Source of the DNA: a virus | Virus record (IMG/VR): IMGVR_UViG_3300003322_001323 | Location: 10,534 to 74,533 of that record | Strand: one strand, 5' to 3' | Length of the DNA stretch: 64,000 nucleotides | Shown: piece after piece, positions 1 through 7,268 of the stretch | Layout of the letters: each line of letters opens with the position of its first letter | How positions within the stretch are numbered: the first letter of the stretch is position 1 | The notes under the pieces: model-generated | Told to the model about the DNA's origin: nothing | The model's input: only the letters and a program-made list of their open reading frames with translations | Database searches by the model: none | Program-made: the position numbers and the translations under genes

Positions 1-32
1 GTCTCCTTCTTTAATGGTAAAGCGATCTTGGC

Positions 33-227
33 TCATTTCATATCCCTTAAGCGATAAACGCGCCGGCCGAGCTCCTGCAGCTCCGGCCCAATGGGCACGC
101 CCTCGCAGGTAGCGAAGACCCGGGCCACGCGCTCGGCCTGGCGGACGATCGGACCGGCGTTGACGTGGTAGCGCCAGCAGGTGAACAGGACGCCGGTGAT
201 AAAGCCGATGGCGAGGCCGACAATCAT
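33..227 (-). CDS. Small hypothetical protein with N-terminal hydrophobic segment
   Basis: ATG at 227 overlaps TGA of upstream gene (ATGA); MIVGLAIGFITGVLF. Confidence 0.6.
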   Translation of the reverse strand: MIVGLAIGFITGVLFTCWRYHVNAGPIVRQAERVARVFATCEGVPIGPELQELGRRVYRLRDMK

Positions 228-670
228 GACACGCGCTCCGGAAAGGGGTGGCCGGCGGCCTCGTAGCTGACGCAGGCGCGCGTTACCCAGTCCACCTGCC
301 GCTTGTCCAGTTCCAGCAGGAGGCCGCCCCAATGGGCGTGCTCCGCGGTAATGGGCCCGATGCCGCGCGCCATGCGCCACATCTCGGCGCCGGCTTCGGT
401 GTAGGCGGCTTTGCGACCCTCCTCCTTGGCGCGCTGTTTTTCATAGGCCACGTCATCGCGATCGGCGCGGCAAACGTACCAGTCCACCTCCCAGCGCTTG
501 ACGATGGCCTCGGGGATCGGCTGCTGGCGCCGGTTGAGGAAGCCGGCTACGGCCCTGGCCTCCTCCTCGGTGAAGGAGACGCCCTGGACGGCAGCCGCTG
601 GGTCCACGAACCAGCTCTTGCAGCTTGCGTGCCCACAGGGACATTTTACTGCGTAAAAGGTTTTGGTCAT
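224..670 (-). CDS. Hypothetical protein (N-terminal CPCGHASC metal-binding motif)
   Basis: ORF with GGAG RBS, coupled to neighbours. Confidence 0.7.
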   Translation of the reverse strand: MTKTFYAVKCPCGHASCKSWFVDPAAAVQGVSFTEEEARAVAGFLNRRQQPIPEAIVKRWEVDWYVCRADRDDVAYEKQRAKEEGRKAAYTEAGAEMWRMARGIGPITAEHAHWGGLLLELDKRQVDWVTRACVSYEAAGHPFPERVS

Positions 671-870
671 TGGCTTTCTCCCATCGACTCAATCAGAATA
701 TCAATGTCATCCTTGTCGGCCGCTTCGATCGCCAGGCTCTCCTCCCACAGCTTCTCATCGCGGAACTTGCGCACGGCATCCTCAATGATTTGCGCGATGT
801 ACTCCGGTGGCAGCGCGTCCAGCTCCCAGCTGCTCTCGCCGTGAACCTGGCGGTAGCCAGGTGGGACAGG
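667..870 (-). pseudogene. C-terminal remnant of a Toprim-like (WELDAL-motif) phage protein
   Basis: Start-less frame GYRQVHGESSWELDALPPEYIAQIIEDAV...; in-frame TAG at 871-873; upstream ATG at 898 is in another frame; stop overlaps next ATG. Confidence 0.55.
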
Positions 871-900
871 CTACCTTCTTGGCTTCTTTCCGGTTCATGC

Positions 901-2433
901 TCAGCCTCCCACGAACATAAGTTCAAGCTTCGCGCGGGTATAGCCAACGTACATTAGGTTGTACTCCTGCTGCAGCTGCCACTCCTGCTTCGCCGACTTG
1001 GACGGGCACAGCTCCGGCTTGTAGATGGCGCAGCGCTCGAACTCCGCGCCCTTGAGCTTGTGCATGGTGGAGAGGCTGAGCACGTCGGCCTCGCCGGCCT
1101 CGCCGAACAGCCCCTCGATCTTGACGATGAGCGCCGGCACGGTCCGCTGGTTCTCAGGCAGGTGCTCGGCGACGATCTTGATGCAGTCCACCCGATCGGT
1201 GATGGATTCCGCGCGCGCCTCGTTGCCCTCGGAGATGGCCTTGGCCACCTCCCGCTCGCGATAGCGCTCCAGCTTGTCCAGCAGGTTCTGCAGGCCCTTG
1301 GCCTTCTGCCGGCGGACGAGGTTCACCAGGTTGGCGCCGATTTCCCGGCCCAGCACCCGGCACCCCCTGCCTTGAGCGACTAGGCTGAAAGCCAAGTCGA
1401 TCAAGGGCGCCGTGTTGCGGCACATGATGGCATCCCGATTGGAAAGCCGGGTAAGCGCGTCCTTGAGGGTGGTATGCGTGATGGCTCCCTCGGGCGCTCC
1501 CGGCGCCGCCTCGATCTGCGGCACCAGCGTCTTGGCGAGCTCCACGATGCGGCGGCCGCAGCGATAGCTGACGGACAGGGGGAACTCGGCGCAGTTGAAG
1601 GCGTTCTTGATGAGGTCCATGGCGTCGTGGCTCGCGCCGGTAAAGCCGTAGATGGCCTGATGGCGATCACCGACCGCGATCAGCCGGCCGCCCGGGCGCA
1701 GGGCCTTGGTGGCGATGGCGCGGCGCACCGGGTTCGTGTCCTGGGCTTCATCAATGAATACCCAGTCGTTCTGCCACAGCCGGAGCTTCCAGAGGAGTGG
1801 AATGTAGAGATGATCGTCGAAGTCCAGCACGGCTTCGCGTGCGAGCTCATTGGAGCGGCGCAGGGCGTTGCGGGCGAACTGCACCGCGGCCTCCTCGCTG
1901 GCCTCCTCGGAATCCAGAAACAGGTCGTGGTGGTGGATGAGGTCCAGCCAGTCGTTGGTATCAGCCGCCACCAGCGCGCCGAAGCCCTGGCCCTTGGCGA
2001 GCCCGACGAGCTTGGCGCAGAAGGCCCCGTAGGTATCATAGTCCTCCTCGGAGAGCTGTTCCTGCAGGATTTTGCGGACCTTGCTGGAATCCGTTTCCAC
2101 CTGGTCGGGCTTCTTGTTGAGCCGCTTGCAGATGGCGGAGAAGCCGACCGAATGGAAGGTCGTGACCCGCACGCGGGACATGTCCCGGCCGGTATCCTTC
2201 CCGAGCTTTTCAATGGCCTCCCGCATCTCCTTGGCGATGATGACATTGAAGGCGAAAATGTGAATGCACTTGCTTGTCGGGATGCGGAGCACGCACTGCT
2301 TGATGGTGGTGGACTTACCTGAGCCGGCCACCGCCTCCACGATCGCGGACCCGCGCCCGCGCTCCACGAAGTCAAAGATGGCGACCTGGTTGGGGGAGGG
2401 TTGGAAGGTGGGTTTCTTGATGGTCTGGAGCAT
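901..2433 (-). CDS. UvrD/Rep-like SF1 helicase (copy 1)
   Basis: AVAGSGKS, IDEAQD, VGDRHQAIYGFTGA, SYRC, STMHKLKGAEF, YVGYTRA. Confidence 0.93.
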   Translation of the reverse strand: MLQTIKKPTFQPSPNQVAIFDFVERGRGSAIVEAVAGSGKSTTIKQCVLRIPTSKCIHIFAFNVIIAKEMREAIEKLGKDTGRDMSRVRVTTFHSVGFSAICKRLNKKPDQVETDSSKVRKILQEQLSEEDYDTYGAFCAKLVGLAKGQGFGALVAADTNDWLDLIHHHDLFLDSEEASEEAAVQFARNALRRSNELAREAVLDFDDHLYIPLLWKLRLWQNDWVFIDEAQDTNPVRRAIATKALRPGGRLIAVGDRHQAIYGFTGASHDAMDLIKNAFNCAEFPLSVSYRCGRRIVELAKTLVPQIEAAPGAPEGAITHTTLKDALTRLSNRDAIMCRNTAPLIDLAFSLVAQGRGCRVLGREIGANLVNLVRRQKAKGLQNLLDKLERYREREVAKAISEGNEARAESITDRVDCIKIVAEHLPENQRTVPALIVKIEGLFGEAGEADVLSLSTMHKLKGAEFERCAIYKPELCPSKSAKQEWQLQQEYNLMYVGYTRAKLELMFVGG

Positions 2434-2451
2434 TGAAGCTCTCCCTTTTCT

Positions 2452-2808
2452 CTATTCTACGCGGTCGTGGATGGCCACGGGGTCGTACATGCGGACCCGG
2501 GTGCCAAGGAGCTTGGCGACGGCCTCGCCGAAGGAGCTGTCGCCCTTGGCGTAGTTGCCGCCGAACATGACCCACTTGGACTGCTCGGACTTGAGCGGGC
2601 GGACGCGGATCGCGCCGGGAACGTGCTGCTCCAGTACCAGAATGGGAGTGGGATGATCGTCGGCGCGCTCCCGCTTGAGGGCCTCGCCGTCGGCGTCGCT
2701 GAGGGCGACCAAAAAGCGTTCGTGCTTGGAGGAGAGGCCCCCGTTGGTGCAGTCGTAGGTCCGCGAGCCGTAAAGCACGCTCACGCTGTGATATTGGATT
2801 TTGGCCAT
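2452..2808 (-). CDS. Conserved phage hypothetical protein
   Basis: AGGAGG RBS; DCTNGGLSS and MFGGNY motifs. Confidence 0.8.
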   Translation of the reverse strand: MAKIQYHSVSVLYGSRTYDCTNGGLSSKHERFLVALSDADGEALKRERADDHPTPILVLEQHVPGAIRVRPLKSEQSKWVMFGGNYAKGDSSFGEAVAKLLGTRVRMYDPVAIHDRVE

Positions 2809-2829
2809 TGAAGACCTCCTATGTTGATT

Positions 2830-3030
2830 TTAATTTTCTTCGGAAATTTCCAGATAGTCGTAGCCGACCAGCTCGCTGGTCAAATCGGGCTTGTGCCCGA
2901 CCACCCCGCTGTCCGCGGCCGCGAGGAGCTGCTCAAAGGTGGGATAAAACCCAATGAAGGTCTTGCAGACCGTATCTTGCCCTGGGAAGGTGAAGCAGGC
3001 TATGAGGGCGTATTTATCATTGTTGGTCAT
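2830..3030 (-). CDS. Hypothetical protein
   Basis: Same AGGAGGTCTTCAATG start context as the next gene. Confidence 0.75.
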   Translation of the reverse strand: MTNNDKYALIACFTFPGQDTVCKTFIGFYPTFEQLLAAADSGVVGHKPDLTSELVGYDYLEISEEN

Positions 3031-3058
3031 TGAAGACCTCCTTGGGTTCTGTTGGGAG

Positions 3059-3093
3059 GACTACACCACGGCCCTGAACAAATGTAAACCCCC
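3059..3093 (-). promoter_or_regulatory. Putative phage early promoter, copy A
   Basis: 30/35 identical to 21081-21115; minus strand TTTACA-17 bp-TGTAGT; intergenic. Confidence 0.7.
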
Positions 3094-3106
3094 GCATGAA
3101 GATATT

Positions 3107-3130
3107 TTGCAGGCCCCTTTAAGCCTGCAA
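3107..3130. terminator. Hairpin (TTGCAGGC/GCCTGCAA), possible terminator or operator
   Basis: 8-bp inverted repeat between the HTH gene stop and promoter A. Confidence 0.35.
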
Positions 3131-3140
3131 TTTCAAGGAC

Positions 3141-3497
3141 TTAGCTAAAGCGGAAGCCGCGGCCCTCCCAGAAGGCCCGCAGGTCCGGGTGGCTGGCGGC
3201 CTCCCGGCGCAGCAGGATCACGTGGCTGATCCCCATCCTGGCGGCCGTCCGGCGCAGGGAGAGGCCCGTACGGCGCCGGGCCAGGGCGCAGAGGTCCCCA
3301 ACCGAGGGCTCCACCCCATAGCGCCACCAGCGGGGCAGCTCAAACTCGATTTGATCCGTTTCGCGCAGCCAGTAGGAGGTGCGCCCGAGCCCGAAGCGCG
3401 CGGCGGCGTGCACCTGCTTGATCCCTTCACGCCGGCGCCACAGCCAGAGCTGCTCGCCGAAGGTCTGGTCGGTCAAATCCTTGTTGGTGCTGTTCAT
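3141..3497 (-). CDS. Tandem XRE-type helix-turn-helix protein
   Basis: WRRREGIKQVHAAARFGLGRTSY and ARRRTGLSLRRTAARMGISH; ATG 3497 overlaps upstream TGA. Confidence 0.75.
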   Translation of the reverse strand: MNSTNKDLTDQTFGEQLWLWRRREGIKQVHAAARFGLGRTSYWLRETDQIEFELPRWWRYGVEPSVGDLCALARRRTGLSLRRTAARMGISHVILLRREAASHPDLRAFWEGRGFRFS

Positions 3498-3925
3498 GAT
3501 GATATGAGGCTCTTGATGAGTTGCGTGGTAGGAAAGATTCCAGTGCCTATAACGTAACGCTCCAGCGCGGCGCGGTGAAGCCGGCGCTCGAAGATGAGCC
3601 GCAGCGCGAGCGGCGAGACAAAGAGATAGTCGCGGTCCACCTGGATGAGTGTCGCTACCCGCCCCCCTGCCGCGTGCCAATCCTCCTGCCACTGAACCTG
3701 CTCCTTGAAAAGCTTGGGCAGGTGCAGGGGGGTTTCGGGGCGCGCGGGCCATTCGCCCTTCTTGAGCTCCAGCCACCCATTGCAGCGGCTCGCGACGGTG
3801 GGAATCTTGCCGGCCCAGGCGACGTCCGGTGTCCCCCGCTCGCAGGCGTTCTCCACGCGGTGCAGGCAGAGAAATACTCCCACCTTGTCGCGCAGGGTTT
3901 TCCAGAGACCGTCCTCGCTGCTCAT
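3494..3925 (-). CDS. PD-(D/E)XK nuclease, VRR-NUC/Holliday junction resolvase-like
   Basis: RVEN..GTPDV...WLELK, EQVQW, AGGR. Confidence 0.85.
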   Translation of the reverse strand: MSSEDGLWKTLRDKVGVFLCLHRVENACERGTPDVAWAGKIPTVASRCNGWLELKKGEWPARPETPLHLPKLFKEQVQWQEDWHAAGGRVATLIQVDRDYLFVSPLALRLIFERRLHRAALERYVIGTGIFPTTQLIKSLISS

Positions 3926-4326
3926 GCATATTGATCCAGGTTACGGAATAGCGCCGACTTTTGCTTTGGGCTGAGCGACCCACGCTGATCCCACTGTTCC
4001 TTGAGCGAAGTGATAAATTGCTCGGTGCCGGAGGGCAGGTTGACGCGCTCCAGGCGCCCGAAGGCCTCCTCGATCTGGGCCTGGTCGGGATCGCGCCGGG
4101 CCGGTGCTGGCCTATCCTGCGGCAGGGTGTCGCCGCCATCCTCCACCTCCGGCGCGCCGCCATCCACCTTCACCAGGCGGGCGAAGGCGTCGGCCCAGGT
4201 GTAGTTGTACTTGGCGAGCAGGGCGTTGGCCGCCCGCAGCGCGTTGAGCGCCTCCGCGTCGTTGGTGGAGGTCGTTTGCATCATCGTCTTTTCCAGCACG
4301 CGGAAGTCGCGCAGGGACATGGCCAT
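3922..4326 (-). CDS. Hypothetical protein (DUF2786-like N-terminus)
   Basis: EALNALRAANALLAKYN; C-terminal LSPKQ motif. Confidence 0.7.
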   Translation of the reverse strand: MAMSLRDFRVLEKTMMQTTSTNDAEALNALRAANALLAKYNYTWADAFARLVKVDGGAPEVEDGGDTLPQDRPAPARRDPDQAQIEEAFGRLERVNLPSGTEQFITSLKEQWDQRGSLSPKQKSALFRNLDQYA

Positions 4327-4341
4327 TTTGCGTATTCCTTT

Positions 4342-4761
4342 TTAAGGTGTCCAATGCTCCGGATCGGGAGCGCCGTCCATGCGCCGGCCCGTGTTAAACT
4401 CCACCTGTACGGCGCGATCGTCCCATAGTTCCGTCATGGCGAAGTCCTTGGTGGCCGTAATGGCGAGCACGCGGCCGATGTGCTGCTTGCACCAGCGCTC
4501 TATGGGCTTGCAGGCTAGGTCCAGCTCGCCGGGCGTACCCACGCGCGCGGTGAAGATGCGCACCTCCCGGCCCTCCTTAAGCCAGTTCTTTACGCGACGA
4601 ATCATGGGCATGATGGGCGGTCCGATATGATTATATCCGAGCCAGATGCCGTCCCAATGCGCGAGCGTTCCATCCAGGTCCACACCAATCCACCCTCTGG
4701 ATTTTGGCTTGGTGGCTCGGGTCTTGGAATGCTTGGCCGTATCAAACCGCTTGTTGGACAT
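4342..4761 (-). CDS. HAD-family phosphatase
   Basis: IGVDLDGTL, IFTAR, K, ELWDDRA motifs. Confidence 0.85.
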   Translation of the reverse strand: MSNKRFDTAKHSKTRATKPKSRGWIGVDLDGTLAHWDGIWLGYNHIGPPIMPMIRRVKNWLKEGREVRIFTARVGTPGELDLACKPIERWCKQHIGRVLAITATKDFAMTELWDDRAVQVEFNTGRRMDGAPDPEHWTP

Positions 4762-5347
4762 TCTGTTCCTTCATGATGGCAAAATAAACTTCGGCCGTGG
4801 CGCGGCAGTCCACTACCGCGCTGTGAGCGCCCTCGAAGCCGTCCGGATGCACGAAGTATTTGTAGGCTTCCTGCAGGTTCGGGGGCTTGTACTTGTCGAA
4901 GCCGGCCGCGCGCATGCGCTCGGTGGGCGGCAGCTTCATGATGGGCGTGGCGAGTTCCATGCAGCAGGTGATCTTGTCGGGACCTGGGTGCGAAGGCTGC
5001 CGGCCATAGCGATGGAAGGCGGTCCGCAGCACGGTCTCGTCGAACTTCTGGTTGAAGCCCACTACCTCGCTGGCGCGCGCTCGCAGCTGGGCAAAGACGC
5101 TCAGCGCCGTGGCCATCGGCACGCCGCACTCGCGCGCAATCTCGGTGGTGATGCCGTGAACGCGCGCCGCGCCCTCCGGTATGGTCCAGCCGTTGGGCTG
5201 GATTATGAGGTCGGCGGAGCAGACCTCCTTGCCCTCATCGGTGACGAGCAGGCAGCCCAGCTGCACCAGGTGCGGCTGCGTCGGGTGCCCCGGCGGCAGC
5301 GAGCTCTGCACTAGGCCGGTGGTTTCGGTGTCGTATACAAATATCAT
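4742..5347 (-). CDS. DEDDh 3'-5' exonuclease (DnaQ-like)
   Basis: YDTETTG, VHGI, NQKFD, AHSAVVDC. Confidence 0.92.
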   Translation of the reverse strand: MIFVYDTETTGLVQSSLPPGHPTQPHLVQLGCLLVTDEGKEVCSADLIIQPNGWTIPEGAARVHGITTEIARECGVPMATALSVFAQLRARASEVVGFNQKFDETVLRTAFHRYGRQPSHPGPDKITCCMELATPIMKLPPTERMRAAGFDKYKPPNLQEAYKYFVHPDGFEGAHSAVVDCRATAEVYFAIMKEQNVQQAV

Positions 5348-5362
5348 GGTGAATTATCTCCG

Positions 5363-5623
5363 CTATTTCGCGTGAATTGCGGGCAGGAGGACACACGCCA
5401 CCAGGTAGACGATGCCGACCCAATAAAGAAAATCGACGATGCGGACCCCCGCGTGCTCGGCCCATTTAACTCGCGGGTGCTGTCCAACCGCGCGAGAGCA
5501 TATTCCATCGTGGTCGGGATGGAGCTGGCAAAAGTCTGAATGTTCTCTCATTGAGATTCCTCCTAACAGTTTGGTGAACTCGCGGCTTTGGGTCAGATCG
5601 ACGGTGTTCAATTTGCGCTCCAT
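5363..5623 (-). CDS. Hypothetical protein with C-terminal transmembrane segment
   Basis: ORF filling the gap; FLYWVGIVYLVACVLL. Confidence 0.55.
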   Translation of the reverse strand: MERKLNTVDLTQSREFTKLLGGISMREHSDFCQLHPDHDGICSRAVGQHPRVKWAEHAGVRIVDFLYWVGIVYLVACVLLPAIHAK

Positions 5624-6082
5624 TTATCCGGCCAGGCGCCGCAGCCAGCGCCGCTTTGGCTCTGGCCGCACCGCCTTGGCGCGAGGGCGTGACGGGCGGG
5701 ACCATTCCCCGCCGTCCGTCAAACCCATGTCCATAAATCCTGCGGCCCGCAGGCTGGTGCCGGGTTCCTCCGGCAAGGTGTATGTCCAGGCTTCCCGATA
5801 CCCGAGTGCCTTTGCAGCTCGGCACAGGGCGCCATAGAGACAGGAGCAGGCATTCTCCGCGCCCTCGGTCGCCACCCTCGAAATCACGATGCGCCCGCTG
5901 TCCTGCCAAACCCGCGAAGGGTTGCCGGCGACGGCCACGCCCAGCACCGCGCCGTCATCACCCAGGACGCGAGCTGCAAAAAGACCCCCTTGCAGCTCGG
6001 GCAGGTGCCGGTGCCAAGCGCGCACGATGGCTCGCGCGGCTTTCACCGTGCAGGGCGCAATCGTGAGGCGGGACTGGCTCAA
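5624..6082 (-). CDS. XF1762-like protein (GNAT/Mom-like fold suspected)
   Basis: WHRH, VAVAGNP, SRVAT..ENACSCLYGA..RAAKALGY, TYTL.EEPGTSLRAAG. Confidence 0.8.
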   Translation of the reverse strand: MSQSRLTIAPCTVKAARAIVRAWHRHLPELQGGLFAARVLGDDGAVLGVAVAGNPSRVWQDSGRIVISRVATEGAENACSCLYGALCRAAKALGYREAWTYTLPEEPGTSLRAAGFMDMGLTDGGEWSRPSRPRAKAVRPEPKRRWLRRLAG

Positions 6083-6094
6083 GCTATGGGCTCC

Positions 6095-6268
6095 CTAGCC
6101 TTGCTCGGCTGCATAGGTGGAAGCGGTATCCGCCACCGCCTGCCACATGATCTTGCGAAATTCTGGCGCCCAGCCGTTGCGGTCCATTTCCCGTTGAAGG
6201 GGGCGCAGCAGGTCGCTCGCCTTGAAGGCGATCCGCTCGGCCAAGATTTGTGCCTTATCGTCGCTCAA
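6095..6268 (-). CDS. Hypothetical protein
   Basis: GGGAGG RBS before TTG at 6268. Confidence 0.6.
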   Translation of the reverse strand: MSDDKAQILAERIAFKASDLLRPLQREMDRNGWAPEFRKIMWQAVADTASTYAAEQG

Positions 6269-6281
6269 TGAGCCCTCCCTT

Positions 6282-6422
6282 TCAGACGTGGATTTCAGAT
6301 TTGCGAAATGACAGGCCAACCGGCCCCAGGCACAGCGTCACTTCCCACTCGGAAACGATGACGCCGACAACCCACCAGTGCAGGTCAAAGTGCGGCTGAA
6401 ATCTCCATTGCGTGATCCACAT
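6282..6422 (-). CDS. Small hydrophobic protein (46 aa), not in ORF track
   Basis: GAGGAG RBS supplied by the repeat; MWITQWRFQPHFDLHWWVVGVIV... Confidence 0.55.
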   Translation of the reverse strand: MWITQWRFQPHFDLHWWVVGVIVSEWEVTLCLGPVGLSFRKSEIHV

Positions 6423-6430
6423 GGTTTTGG

Positions 6431-6525
6431 CTCCTCAAAAGTTGGCGGGTGAGCAACAAGCTACGAGGACTTCCACCCCGTGCCCGGTTCTAGACCTTCG
6501 CCTGCGCTCACCCATAAAATCGCTC
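6431..6525. repeat. 95-bp perfect direct repeat, copy 1
   Basis: Identical to 6788-6882. Confidence 0.97.
6443..6513 (-). ncRNA. Putative structured RNA (three-way junction ending GCCA), copy 1
   Basis: GGGUGAGC/GCUCACCC and GCAGGC/GCUUGU stems enclosing two hairpins. Confidence 0.5.
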
Positions 6526-6527
6526 GA

Positions 6528-6779
6528 TTAGTTGGCGGGACGAATTGATGGCTGGTTGCCGCATTCGAACGCTTGGTTGCAGGAAATTTCATGGCCGTAC
6601 ATGCCGTCGCTCAGAAGAATTTGAGGCGACCCCATAGCGCAATAGTAGCAACGCTCGGCTTTGAGCTTGCACTCCGGGCATGTGCTGGACCGCTTCTGGC
6701 CAAGGTAGTGATTGCCGCAGCGGCCACACTCGCATTCATACTGATCTTCTTTGGCGAAATCTGGTATCAGGTTGGTCAC
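6528..6779 (-). CDS. Cys-rich zinc-binding small protein
   Basis: CECGRCG, CPEC, CYYC; lies between the two repeats. Confidence 0.7.
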   Translation of the reverse strand: MTNLIPDFAKEDQYECECGRCGNHYLGQKRSSTCPECKLKAERCYYCAMGSPQILLSDGMYGHEISCNQAFECGNQPSIRPAN

Positions 6780-6787
6780 AGCAAGCC

Positions 6788-6882
6788 CTCCTCAAAAGTT
6801 GGCGGGTGAGCAACAAGCTACGAGGACTTCCACCCCGTGCCCGGTTCTAGACCTTCGCCTGCGCTCACCCATAAAATCGCTC
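6788..6882. repeat. 95-bp perfect direct repeat, copy 2
   Basis: Identical to 6431-6525. Confidence 0.97.
6800..6870 (-). ncRNA. Putative structured RNA, copy 2
   Basis: Identical to 6443-6513. Confidence 0.5.
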
Positions 6883-6885
6883 CTT

Positions 6886-7107
6886 TTAATCGTCCAATGC
6901 AGCGCCGTGCGGCTGCAAAAACCAATCTGCAAAACCGCTGACGATCCCGTAGAGCGTAAAGAGGGGCCAGCAGGTCGATACCGCGAAAATCTTCCAGCGT
7001 GGCACCTTGGTCATGCGCGAACCGCCGTCAGTGATCCAGATAACAAGATTGATGCCGCCGCCGATGTAGGCCACGAGAGCGATCCAGAACCAAGGGTCTT
7101 GTGTCAT
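6886..7107 (-). CDS. Small membrane protein
   Basis: AAGGAG RBS, two hydrophobic segments. Confidence 0.7.
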   Translation of the reverse strand: MTQDPWFWIALVAYIGGGINLVIWITDGGSRMTKVPRWKIFAVSTCWPLFTLYGIVSGFADWFLQPHGAALDD

Positions 7108-7121
7108 GTTGAGGCTCCTTT

Positions 7122-7268
7122 TTAATCCTTATCCTGCCGCGCCCAGCTCTCGCGCTGGCGCTTAATCATGGCGGCTTTTTTCGCCGAAGTCATCTTGGCT
7201 ACTCGTTTCTTGGCCGCCGCCAATAGCTTTTCCAGGTCAGGCCGAATCTTCGCTTTTGACTTCCTCAC
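7122..7268 (-). CDS. Small basic protein (48 aa), not in ORF track
   Basis: GTG overlaps polymerase TGA; ...AMIKRQRESWARQDKD. Confidence 0.55.
   Translation of the reverse strand: MRKSKAKIRPDLEKLLAAAKKRVAKMTSAKKAAMIKRQRESWARQDKD

Noticed and set aside
3141-4163. 340-aa ORF as listed in the track
   Set aside because: The N-terminal part overlaps two real genes; only 3141-3497 (HTH) is supported
6443-6513. Canonical tRNA gene
   Set aside because: tRNA length and a CCA-like end, but no anticodon arm and no TTCRA loop adjacent to the acceptor stem
6431-6882. CRISPR array or att sites
   Set aside because: Only two 95-bp copies separated by a coding gene; no cas or integrase in the window
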